NCBI GenBank assembly: GCA_001643675.2
Contig: LSRY02000050.1
Coordinates: 186,001 to 250,000 of the forward strand
Length of the DNA: 64,000 nucleotides
Direction of reading: 5' to 3'
DNA from: Monocercomonoides exilis PA203
Taxonomy: Eukaryota; Protista; Preaxostyla
Part shown: one piece after another, positions 1-12,699 of the stretch
Position numbering within the stretch: position 1 is the first letter of the stretch
Layout of the letters: each line of letters starts with the position of its first letter
Translations under genes and position numbers: made by a program
The notes under the pieces: generated by a model
The model's input: the letters and a program-made list of their open reading frames with translations, nothing else
What the model was told of the DNA's origin: nothing
Databases searched by the model: none

Positions 1-334
1 AGATTAGAAAGTTCATTAATGCATAAGCATGTTGTCATTTTTGTAAAATTCGACTGTTATTGACACAAGTTTTCTCCCTTAATTTTCCATTATGCAAATA
101 ATTTGTCAAAATTTTGAGGAAAGTTGGAAAATTGAGTTTATCTTCAAAAAAATGTATTCTTGTAAAAACAAATATAAAATACAAAAATCGTAGAACTCAG
201 CAATCCTTGGTCAAGGTTTTGTTGATTTTGAAATAAAAATCCAACATCTTCTCTCGAAGGGGAATAAAAAAAAAATCGGAAAAATATTATTTAATAATTT
301 CTCATATTATAATTTTCATTATCGTAAGGTTTTG

Positions 335-3300
335 CTACTTATGCTTATTTCTTTTTTTACAAACGCAAACAAAAACAACAACGATTACAACAAATGTAAT
401 AGAACCGATGACAATTCCTGTGATTGCACCACCAGACAACTTCTTTTTTGTCGGTTGACTTTCTTCCTTTGTCAGTGGAGGCAACACAGGACTTTTCACA
501 CATTTTGCTTCTTTATTTCTATAATAGCCACTTGTGCAGCGAGCAAACACACAACTGTCTGCAAACTTTCCTTCCTTGCAAGGATTTCCATATACTGCAT
601 TTGAATCTGTATCTGGTACAGCGCATGATTCATTTACCTTCACCTGCCAGCTATAGCACACATCAAAATACTTCTTCACATTTGCCAACAGTGTGAGATA
701 TCCGTTCGCATTTCTTGCTTCTTCTGCACTTGGATAATACGGATACACAACATCAGGTTCAATCACCTTAAACTCGAGCTGCTCGTCTGGTGTCTTCCAG
801 TCAGAGGAATATCCTGCAAGCACTGCAAGTGTCACATCAGTGTTCTGACGTGGAAACTGTGAAGGCCAATCTTCAGATGTTTCAGTTTCACCTTTCAGCT
901 CCTTTAAAATCAAAGGAGATAAAACACCATTGGCTCCTGAAGATGCAATGTCAAAACCAACATCTTTTCTTGTTAACGCGCCACCCACGCCTACAACTTT
1001 AGCCAGCTGCTTCTCTTTAATCTGCTTCAAGAACAAGGAGCACGACGCAGCACATGTCCCATCTGTCACAAACAACAAGTCATTCGGATCAAACAAGTTC
1101 TTTCCATAAAGTGAGGAAGGAATCAGTCCATCAATAAAAGAATTCAAAAGTCTGTCATAGTTGATGGCAAATGAACCACTCCATGTTTGAAAGCGTTCTT
1201 TGCCATCAACAATTGTTCTCTTTTCTGTTGTTGGCAATTCTGTAACATTATCAATGATGTCCAACGTTTCGTAATTTGTAAATAGTGACGTTTCACCATT
1301 CGCCAAAGTTGCGACGAAGGCATCTGTAGCTTTTGTTCTGACGTATTTATAATGTGAGTTCAAAGGAAAAGTCTCAGAAAAAAGCAAATGGTATACAATC
1401 GAACTGAGAATGCTCGATCCTCCTCCATTTCCCCGAACATCAAAGATCATCTTATAGTTGCTGTTTTTCGCTTCTTGAACAGCATTCACAACTATTTGCA
1501 CAAATCTATTAAAATGCTCTTCAGTACTGTTGGTAAAGCTCTTGATGCGACAGTATCCGATCTTCCACTCAGGAATCGCTACACAATGAATAACATTGGG
1601 TATTTCTCCAATCTCTTTGACTTCCACCGCATCGTTAGATCGTGACTGTTTCCTCTTTGATTCAGCTGCTATTTTCTGGTTTTCTTTCTCCATTAATTTA
1701 TGCAATTTCTGAACTGCTGGTGGATAGAGATGCTCCAATGGCTGATGAAAAATACGATCCATGGCAAGCATCTTTCGAAGAGGCTTGTTTGCAATAAACT
1801 TCTCAAATACATTAATAAATTGAGTATCATTTGCATATTTCTCTCGGATTTTCCGGATCTCCAAATCATCTTGCTTTTTAACCTGCTCTTCACTCATGTT
1901 AGCAAACAATTTGTATTCGTCAATCAACTTTTCCTGTGGCATCTTTGTTGACTGTAACAACTTCTGCAGAACTTCAGACCTATCTTCTTTGGCTAATTTC
2001 CATCCTTTCTCGTCATTCGAAACAGAGCTAGCTGCTTTGCAGTAATTGTCATACAACATTTTGGAATCACTAATCTCTGATGTGGACATCCCGTACCAAT
2101 ACAAGGGAATTGTCTCTGTTCCCCCATCGTCTGTTTTCAGCGTAACTTTCACACTTCCATCCATAACTGCATATGAGGTTAGTGATCGAACGGCAAAATG
2201 CTTTTCTAATCCATAATTCAATCGAGCAGCTGGTGATTTTGAAAATGGAATGTTTTCATCGCACCATCGCGCAATCGTGACTTCCGGCTTTTCGTTCGCA
2301 ACTTCTGCTAAATCGTCCATTGTAATTTTTGTCACAACTCTTTCTTTAAAACTTCTTCCAATGACCTCTTCAAACACCTGAGTTACTTCAGGCAACAATT
2401 CCACCAATTTCACAATAATCTCGTCTGGCTTCGATGGATCTGGAACTTCAAATTTGAAATTATAAGGCAACGCAAATACAAATGGTTGAGAGCATGGGAA
2501 ATGATAAACTGTTTGTATGTCTCTAAGTTTTGCAAAAGCTCTTCCAATTGCATTGTGAAACTCAAGTCCGGTTGAATACTCAGTCTTTTCAATGTTGTCA
2601 AGCTCTGCAAGAATATCATTTTTATCGCTCTTGAAAGGTGCAGGAGGATTAGCCATTATATCTCTAAAAGCATACATATCCAAATATCCTCTAATAGACT
2701 TCAATGTCTTCGCTGCTTCATTTTTGTCATATGGAAGCTGCTTTAAACAATCAATAAAATTTTCTGATCGCGCAAAAAAATCTCCAGGCAAAGAACAAAC
2801 AGAAGGATCCTCCTTATATTTTGGAGGGCCCATTGATGGACGCTTTTGGCACTTGCCTTCTTTGTTCAAGTAATATCCACGTTCACAGCGAGAGAGCTTG
2901 CATTGGTTCTCGTTAAATGATCCAGAGGTGCATGGATTTCCAAACACAGCATGCTCGTTGCCGCTTGGAATAGAGCAGGCGTAGTTATCTTTAACCTCCC
3001 AGTCATAACACTTGTCAAATGAGGACTTAACTTGTGCGACCGTTTTAACAATACCTTCAGGATTAAAACCGTTGATCTTATCGGCATAAATCGGAAATAC
3101 TTCATCTGGCTCGATTATTTTAAATTCGAGAAGCTTATCTGGAGTTTTCCAATCAAAACTGTATGCCACCACAGCTGATATTCTGATATCAGTTGATTGA
3201 CGGGGCACTTTTTCTGGATAAGGTAACACATCTTCATCTGTCAAATTATGGAACTGTGTTTTCTCATTCATCGCTCTACTTAGTGGTCGTAATAGTTCAA

Positions 3301-5317
3301 TATATTCCGTGTCAAACGTATCGCCTCCAGCAAACGAAGCAATATCAAATGGAATTGTGCTTCCGGAAAGAATTCCACCAAGTCCTACAACTTTTCCCAG
3401 ATTCTTCTCTTTCACATGCTTCAAAAACAAACCACAAGCAGATCCACAAGTTCCATCAGTTAAAAATATAATTTCACTCGGGGTAAACATCCTCATATTT
3501 CTATGTTGTATGTGAATACAGTGCGTCAATAGTTGGAGTATTTGTTCATTATCTTCCACAAATTTATAAACCCAATCTCTAGACCGCTCTTCGCCATCTT
3601 CACCTGTTACAATTTCCGTTGTCTTCGGCTTTGCCCACACATCCTTTATCAGCTCCTGTGTGATTGGTTCTGTGAAAAAGGAAAAATGATCTTTACCAAT
3701 ATATTCCAAATAAACTTTTGATAATTCAGAAGCTACAGTAGAGCTGGTTGAAAAGATAGGGTATTCATCAGGAAACAGTAATGCAAGCAATAAATCAGAA
3801 AGAAGTCCTTTGCCACCACCGTTGCCGCGCAGATCAACAATAAGTTTATGACCTTTGGATTTGATTTTTGTAACTGTATCAACAATCGATTCTAAAAAAT
3901 CTGTGACGTTTTTATCACAAGTTGCTTCAAATGACTTCACATAAAGATATCCAACTTTGAAAGCATCGATATTCCCAGCAAGAACATGTTTATTATCCAA
4001 AATTTGATCAAATACGGGTTCTTCATCATTAGTGCGATTGATGTGCATGTCATCATTGCTGTTTCCTTTTATTCTCAATTTCTTGACTTTTTCATCCACT
4101 TTATCTTTCAACGAGAGTTTTCGTTGGCTGTTTTTTCTCTGTTTGTCTGAAAGCGCAAGTTGCTCAGAAATAATTTTCTCCACTTTTCGACGCATTTTCT
4201 TCTCAAATGGAAGTTGTAATTTTTCATTTGATGGAATACTTTCCAGCTTCTTGCCGAGCGCTTTTCTTGACTCCTGCGATTTCCATATGCCTTTATATAT
4301 TTGTCGGAATGGTGAATCGTCCTTATGCGCATCCATCACCGACTGAAAATGTGTATCATCATCCTCAAAAAGTGGCTGCTCCCTATTTGTTTGTTCAGTC
4401 ATATTGTTGCTTTGCATATCTTCATTAAGCGGACAGAAATCTTCCAATTCGTAAACACTTGAAATGCTCACATCTGATAATCCATAAAACGGAACATTCA
4501 CTGTCTGTTCCCCATCATCGGTTTTGACAGTAATGCCTATTTCGCCTTCTGGAATAGGATAAGATGATAGTTCCCTTAAAACAAATTCTTCTTGAGTAAG
4601 TGCATATGCCAATTTAGCTGCAGGTGTCCGAGATGAACTCACATATTTGTCTGCCCATTTCGCAATTGCCACTTCAGGTTTCAAATTTGTAGAATCATCC
4701 AAATCAGGAAGATTTAACTTTACAACTTCTTTTCCAGTAATATCAATACCGCCTTCATCAATAAATTTCACAGTTGCTCCGTTGACAAGAGATTCTTCAA
4801 CTTTTACCACAATTTCTGTTGGCTTCGAAGGATTAGGTACTTCAAAAATGAATCTGAAAGGGAAAACAAATTTAAATAACCTCGAGCATGGGAAAACGTA
4901 TTTTGTATGAGCATCTTCAAGCTGATTAAACGCTTTTGTGATTGCAAGATGAAACTCTAATCCATTTTCAAATTCTGTATTTTCAATTTCATCTAGTTTT
5001 GCTAGAATATCATATTTGGCAAATGGAGAAGGAGGATTGACCATTATGTCACGATAAGCATAGCTGTCAATGTAACTTCTAATAGTATTCATCGTTTCTC
5101 CCAATTCATTTGCATCATCATCGACCTACAAATGGGATTATGAAGATTTTGAATTAATTAAAAATTGTTTATATTCAAAAAAAAAAATGCAAACTGGTAA
5201 ATTTTGAAGACATTTGACAACGCTATCAACGCTGTACAGTTTTCCACTCTGAAAATTGCAATCTTCTTCTTCTTCTCCAAAAATGCTTAAAGACAACGCA
5301 ATAATAAATAAATACAT
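335..5317 (-). CDS. Type I membrane protein with two tandem S41-family (tail-specific/CPAF-like) serine peptidase units; 2 exons (5317-5195, 5125-335)
   Basis: 1589-aa ORF made of two homologous halves, each with D[LV]RGNGGG and TDGTC-x-x-x-C motifs and a Cys-rich tail. C-terminal TM helix (GAITGIVIGSITFVVIVVVFVCVC) is followed by KKRNKHK. An upstream exon (ATG at 5317, MYLFIIALSLSIFG signal peptide) joins in frame through a GTTTG...TAG intron at 5194-5126 and aligns with the start of the second repeat. Confidence 0.85.
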
Positions 5318-5524
5318 GGTAATTTAAAAATAAGATAAATTTTGATCAATCCCTTTAGTTGATGCTTTTTCTAGTTGTAGTTATGAGAATTTTTTTTTTG
5401 GAAAAAAAAAAATCATGTTTTGAATCGAACTTATCCTGCACACTAAACTGGGCCTTTGCGACAAGGAAATTTTTGACGAATCGTGTCGGTCGAAAGAAAA
5501 AACCTGTGTCGAGTCTCTTTTTTT

Positions 5525-5556
<32 letters not shown>

Positions 5557-5949
5557 TTGATTATTAAGAATTGGGAATTCACAACGAATGTTTTCAGTAT
5601 GCACTTTTGACTTATCAAGATGCTAATTTTGACTTTAGCAAATAACAAAAATACATTTTTCATGAACAAAAGATCAGGTTCTTTTCTTTTTGAGAGAAAT
5701 GGTCACAAAATATTTTTTTTACTATCAAAATTCAAAAAAGAAACACAGATATGAACATTGCTTGCTAATACGATAATGCATAAAAATCACAGTCAAACCA
5801 ATAACAAAAACAAAAATCAAATTCAATAACTATATTCTGATTTTTGGATAACATTCAAATTCTGCAAAGATTTGTTTTTAAATATTTAATAAAGCCATAT
5901 AAAGCTATTCCGTTTCTATTCATTTCATGTTGTTTTTTTTATACCTTCA

Positions 5950-8900
5950 GTCAAGTTAGATGACCTATCTTTTTCACTGTAAATCAACTGAAGCAAGATG
6001 CCAACAATGAAACATAATTAATGTGCGATGAAAGAAATCTGAAGTTGGGTGGCTTCTGTTGGATTGATGATAAAACTATTGCCTTTAAAATCATAAGAAG
6101 ATGAAAAAGGTTTTATAGCTGTATTTGCATTAGTCACTGGAAAAGTGTTGGAACAACAAACGGAAGTTATTGTTTCAGTGATTTGTTCTCTCTTGAAACA
6201 AATGAAGTTTCAAAAGAAATGAACTGAAAGGGGTTCAAGTTACAAGGAGAGAAGTCGAGCAGGACTTCTGCGGTTCTAATTGGATAATAGAATTGTGTTC
6301 TGCAGCTCAACTGCTTCAAATTACATCATATTTCCCTTTGTTGTGTGGATAGTCAGCAAAAGTGAAGATAATTTGAGATAATGTGGAACAGTGAATGGAA
6401 AGGAAGATATCTGATTCGATGATTCATTTGAAGATGGGAAAGGTGAGCGATCTTTGAAACGAAAATAAAGCGAAGAACTGGGTTTTCATAAACATAAAAG
6501 GTAGACCGGAGTTGAAAGCTCTTTTGAAGGAAAACAACGGTTATCTTGTTGGAACTTCTTGCTTTGCCATTAAAAATATTCCTTTCTTCAGAAAGGTTTC
6601 ATCTTCCTTCTTATTTCATGACGGGCATATTGAACAAAGAAACAATTTACTCCCATTCGAGTGCTGATGCCTGTATGAAGGCGTGACTGAAAAGTTTTTG
6701 CAAAAACATTAGCGACCTTCAATTCAGAGTTTGGATTTGGTGTTTTAAGAGATAGAGGAAGACAGGAAGAGGCGTGTCGTGAACTCTCTTGTTCATTTTT
6801 CGTCTGTGGATTTTTTTGTTTCAATGCGTTCTATTTGTTCACTATTTGCTTCGAAGATTGAGAAGATGAAAGAGATGAGTCATACGCAAACAGCGAGGAG
6901 GGCATCTCATAAAATTAAGTCGATCAACATGAAATAGTTCACAGCGTGTTCGAATGCGTACTTGAGTCTATGAAGAATTGAGCCAGAAGCTGTCAAGAAT
7001 GATGAAAAGTCATAGAGAGGAATTTGGAAAAATGCTGTTTATTGAGCAAGAAAAATCGATATGGATCATCTTTCTGCCTAATTCGTCCATTCAAATAGAG
7101 GAATGTTCTTGACCTTTTCCGCTGAGCAATGGATCGCATGTGCTGTTTTTGTTGCATCTCTCTTCATCTATTTCATCTTCTTCCGCTCCTCCTTCTGCAT
7201 TCAGCTACGCTTAAATTTCTTGAATTTCCATTTTCGTCTTCTTTACTGTTTTCTTTCTTTCTCTCTCCTCACATCCAGATTCTTCTCCAGATTCTTCCAA
7301 AAATCCATGAAGCTCTTCTTCCCCTGGCAGATATATGTGTTCTGCAGCACTACAACTCAGTTTGTCGATGGAATTATCGGAGGAGACGGAGTACTGATTT
7401 TGAGGACAAAATCATTTCAATAACCCGCGAAATGGAATATGGTGAAGAAATAATGAGCTTTGTGACTTTGATTATGTGAATGTTCGTTCAACAATGACTA
7501 ATGCCACTTGACAGAAAAAGAAATAGCTTGAATAAAATTCCTCAAGCCTTTCTTCACCTTTCCAAAAGTGAAGAAGCCCTTCCATTTTTTCTTTCTCTGC
7601 TTGCTCTTAAGTGTAACATGAGTTTCCATTGTTCCTTCAACTCCTCCAAACAGCTTATCTAAGAAATTATCAAGCCTGAAATGTTGTTTACGGACGGAAC
7701 AAACCCCTCCTCCAAGTTTAACGAAACTCTGATATTCAATTCGAGAGGCAGTTGAATCTTTTCTTTCAATGCTCTTTGAACCTTCAACCGACTGAAAATG
7801 AGCTACAAGTTCAAATGGATGATCGCAATAACCATTGCATCATTATCTGTCATTGGGTTAGAAAGGGGATATGTATTTTCAAAGGCGACCCCTGTGTTGA
7901 TGTTTGTGAAGAACTTTTTTTCGTCACAAGAATTATTAAAGAATCTCCTATCACTCTGTTCGATATACGCTCAGAGAAGAGAATCGAAAAAAGAGAAAAT
8001 TACTGAACTCTATTTTTTATTCTGCTGCGATCTGCTCATTCTTCACATAGCTGGAGTCTATTTTGATGAGCTCAGTTAATCCCGGATATGTTAATTATAG
8101 ATGTGATAGATGCAACGTGGTTTTTTTTGTTTCGTCGTTGAAGATCGATGGCTAGTGACTCGAACAACAACTTGATTCACATCGCGATTGCATTCGCTTT
8201 CTTCCTCAGCTTCTTCATCGTATTCAAGTGCTTTCATCTTTTCAACTTATTCTTTCTATCCTTTTCTCCCTTTCTCTATTTCTATTTCTATTCCAAAAAC
8301 TTTAGTCTAATTTACGTCTTCAACATTTTCCTGTATAAGATGCATTTAATGTATTTGCAGAGATGTTTCTTCTGCTCCTTGCACGATCTTATTTCCATCT
8401 TTTTTCTCATTGGCCGTTCTGTCTCTTTCGCCTGCTGTCTGTTTGATGTGCTTAGCCACTTCATGCATGGAGATTGAAGTTGAGTTCATTACAAAGACAT
8501 ATGATGCTATGTTCAAATAATGCATCTCTTCTATTCAGTTAATCGTGGTGATAGCTTAAAAATAAACACGAGTCGACAACTTTCTTTGTTTGGATTAACA
8601 TCAACACGAGAATACAAGCGAATTTGAAATAGGATAGAAGAAGATGATGATGAAAATTCGATTCAGAATCAGTATTTTCTTCCCTCTGCTTCTGATTCTT
8701 CTGTTGCACCATGATTTTGTAAAAAAACAGGTGGTGCACGGACACTGCTAATGTCATGTACTTCAATATGTTGGGTGCCAATCAAAAAACAGATGAATTA
8801 CACCATGTCGCTTTACAGCAGCTTGTATTCTCTTGTAGGCTCGCTGCCAGAAAAAGAGACTCTTGCCGCACGCAATTCAGATTGAAGAGAATGATACACT

Positions 8901-9600
8901 TCTTCGAACAGCGTCTTGAAAATATCTTATGAATGGAACAAATAGACAATGACCTTTTCGGTTTTTGATTTCAAAACCGGATCAAATATATGTTCAAGAA
9001 ACTTCCCTGTTTCGCCAAAGTGAAAATTCGCCTTCTTGCTGCCTTTGCAACTCAGTTTATTCTACAGTACCATATTTGCCTCCTGAAAAAGCTTCTGCAC
9101 AAAATCATTTGTCTTTTGCTTTTCGGAATCTGCCATGTTTCCAGTCCAAACGTTATATGCTTCATCTCCATGACGAATGCCTTTCACGATATCGAATTGC
9201 TCGATGTTGCTCCATGAATCAATTGCACTGTGACACTTGGAATGGCACTAATAACTCACACCCTTTTGTAATTTAGGCAGCTGATTCTTGTCGCGCAAAC
9301 AAACAAACAGCGAGATCTCAGTTCACTGCACGACTTGTGTAAATCCTGGGTTTGGTTCTGAATGATAAGAAGAAAAAAGTTAGAAAATCGATAAATTTGT
9401 GCTGGATGAGACAGAGCCAGGTTTATTTTCGCTTGTCGCATCAATATATTATAAGGAAACACATCTTCATGTTGAAAACCATTTCGGTACGCGTATGAAT
9501 GGAATAATACATAATAGTTTTTATGTTCTCTCACTGATGTCATATGCATCCCGCGGTTATATCCTTTCTTCCTGAAAACCATTCGAAGATTTAGCAATGA
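5950..9600 (-). pseudogene. Decayed coding-like region of unknown family
   Basis: More GC-rich than the flanks. Minus-strand frames give protein-like stretches (e.g. HFQSVEGSKSIERKDSTASRIEYQSFVKLGGG at ~7800-7700; ORF 9256-9597) broken by stops and frameshifts. No domain recognised; boundaries approximate. Confidence 0.35.
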
Positions 9601-10779
9601 GTCTTCAAGGATGATTCACAAATGATTTCTTCATTAATAATTCTCTGTAAAAAATGTTCAATCTTCACTTTTTTCTTCGGTCACAACGTCAATTCTTTTT
9701 TCTTCTTCAAAATCTTGAGCTTCTTCTTTTTCTTTTCAAATCAACCGAAAAATTACGAAATTCTGTATTATTTAACAATATTACAGCTCATTTCAATTTT
9801 TATTTGATCTAGTGACTTTTGTTTTCACATAAACAATTGTTATGTGCAAATTATCACTGATTATTATGAATATTCCTCAGTGTCAACATCGAGAATTCAA
9901 AATAACTTCAATTCCTGTTCATCATATTTAAAAATAAATGCTCGAATTACAGTTAATCTCACTCTTATGACACACAGTTATTTACTCAAATATTGTGTTT
10001 GTTCTCGATATTCAAAAAAATAAAAATTATGGAACACAATTGAAAATCCAATTGGATAAAATCAATAATGATATAAATTTATGAAAGTCGATGAAGAGTT
10101 AAACAATTTTCCTCTTTTGGCGAACGTTATAGAGATGCAAGACAAACAAAACACTTCATTGCTTTAATATTCTTGCAATTTTTCAAGTAATAAATGATAT
10201 TATTTTATCAAAATTGAAAACCTGTGTGACGTGATGAAATTTTTGTCTTCGCGTAAGTCAGTGAAATTTGGTCACGTCAATGTTTTTTTTTTTTCTATTA
10301 AGAAAAAAGATAAAAAATTAATTGTGAAAATTTTTATTTTTTAATAAAAAAAATTTAATTTGAAATAATTTTTGAAGGTGTAATTTTAGATTTTATTTTC
10401 TGTTTCCCATAAATCGATTTCAATTATGAATTGAGAATGAGTTGCTTTTAATCAGAGATCAAACGCCTCATTTGCACAATAATGTTCATAATGCGTCACT
10501 CCACTACTTTTTACATAACGGTTGATGTATCTAGCACTTATACAGTTTAATATTATTTTTAACTCTCTGATTTTTCATTTAGATGTTTTATTTCTTTTTT
10601 CAATAGAATTTTCATATCTCTGCCCACTATTCTCAAGTATTTCATTTCTTAATTGCTTGTTTTAGACAATCACTGATGCCTCTTCTGTTTGAATGTTGAA
10701 TTTTTTCAAAGAATATTTTAAAAGATTTCTCTTTTTCATCATTTCCTCCGCATCCTTTCCTGTCCCCACGATCTTTCAT

Positions 10780-11901
10780 CGATTCAACCTTCAATTATGA
10801 ACAAACAACTTCATTTTTCAGGCACGATCTTCATCAAATGCCCCTGTTGTACACATTGGAAATGAAACTAAAACAGTGAAACTTGGAAGATTGATTTCAT
10901 TCGGTTTAAACAGCCATCGCTTCGAATAGTGCGAATGGGGAAACACGACTGGCGGGCCAGATCGAGGAGGAGCACTTTCTGTTGTTTGCACAAATGCAAA
11001 TCTCACAATCACTTCTTGTTCCTTCAACAATTGTTCAAATACAAATCATGGTGGAGCATTGTATTTCAATAGTTTGTTGAAAATTGACATCACAAAATCC
11101 AATTTCACAAGTTGCTCGGCTGCTCATGGAGGAGCAGTCCATGCTACAAGTCCACGATCAAATTCTGTTTGGACATTCTCAGAAAACAGAGTTGAAAATT
11201 GTTCAATAATAAATTGGTGTGGAACTGGTTGGTATTTTGGGGTTGGTGATTTTTCTTCAAACGGTCAATTCCTGTTCACCAAATGCAAGTGCATCTCAAA
11301 TTCCGGTGGTGATGCTGCTGGCTCTCTAACATTTCGTTATCCTCCAAGCAACAAACCGAGTCAATTTTTGGTTAATGATTGTCAGTTCATCGATAATAAA
11401 TTGACATCAACTTCAACTACCTACGGAGGTGCTGCGTTGTGTTGCACATACACCTTCACTTGGATGAGTGGAGTAAAATTCATCACATTCTGTTTCTTCG
11501 ATGGCAATTCCGCAACTAATGGAATGGGGAATGATGTGTTCTTCAGTGGAAGCAGCATCACCCAATCTCCATTTGAGAATTGTGGCTCAACAACAGAATC
11601 AAAAAGAGTGTGGAATCAAGGAACTGCAGATAGCAGTGTGTACAATGGCTGGCTCCCCCTCATCGCCCAGAATAAAATCGTTGACAACAATGGAACTAAT
11701 TCTGATGCCTGTGGCAGACCCCAACAGACCCCATGTGCTGCCATCGAGTATGCCCTCAACGGATTCATTTCCCTCCTCCAAGATGCCTACCTCACTCTCC
11801 CCACCTCAATATTTGCTCCCACTCAAAAGCTCTCTTGCTGCGCTGCTGATGCAGAAAATTCTGGAAATGGAACAATTGCTCCGTCCTTTGAATCTTCATG
11901 A
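10780..11901 (+). pseudogene. Pectin-lyase-like/beta-helix (GGA-repeat) surface protein, disrupted
   Basis: Repeated GGAL/GGAV motifs (DRGGALSV, NHGGALYF, AHGGAVH, YGGAALC), FxxCxF/FxxN spacing and a CGxxxxxPCxxIxYAL motif. In-frame TAG at 10927-10929 (FE*CEWG). The frame is lost near 11.9 kb before a Ser-rich repeat. Start approximate. Confidence 0.7.
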
Positions 11902-11954
11902 AATGTCCATTGATATTTCTCATGTTCATCTTCATATTATATTTTCATATTTTG

Positions 11955-11968
11955 CCTCTTCCTCCTCT

Positions 11969-12033
<65 letters not shown>

Positions 12034-12175
12034 CTCTTTCTTCTCTGTCTTCTTCTCATTCTTTCCTTCATTTTCTTCTTTCTCTTTCTTTTGTTTCTCT
12101 TCCTTCTCTTCTTCCTTCTCTTCCTCTTCCTCTTCTTCCCTCTCTTTTCTTTCCCTCTCCTCCTCCTCTTCTTCC

Positions 12176-12207
<32 letters not shown>

Positions 12208-12265
12208 ATCTTCCTCATCTTCCTTATCTTCCTCATCTTCATCATCATCTTCTTCTTCTTCTTCT
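11955..12265 (+). repeat. (TCT/TCC)n pyrimidine-rich low-complexity tract (poly-Ser coding remnant)
   Basis: Directly visible; it produces the shadow poly-S, poly-LP and poly-KR ORFs. Confidence 0.85.
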
Positions 12266-12699
12266 TTAACACCAACTGATTCACCTTTTCATCAGCACCA
12301 CACTTTCCATCCTTCTCCTCTCCACTCTTCTTCATCTGTTTGCTCCATTCATCACGAAAACTCCAGAGTTATTTATTATCCTCTCTCTGAATCATTCACT
12401 TCTTCCTCTTCCTCATCTTCCTTTTCTTCTCAAGAAGATAAATCTGCTCCCCTTTCTTCTTCCTTTTCTTCCTTCACCTCTCCTCCTTCTCCTTCTTTCT
12501 TTCCGTTAATTGCCTCCATCTCCTTCACAAACATCACAGCTTCTATGTTCTTTCAATAAACAGAAGAACTTCCACATTATCCCCTCATCTTTATTTCCTT
12601 CTCCACATAAACAGGATGCACACAAACATCTGTCAACGTAACTGCAAACGCCGCTGACGCAAACGAATCTGTGCATTCAGTCACATTTTCCGACAAAAA

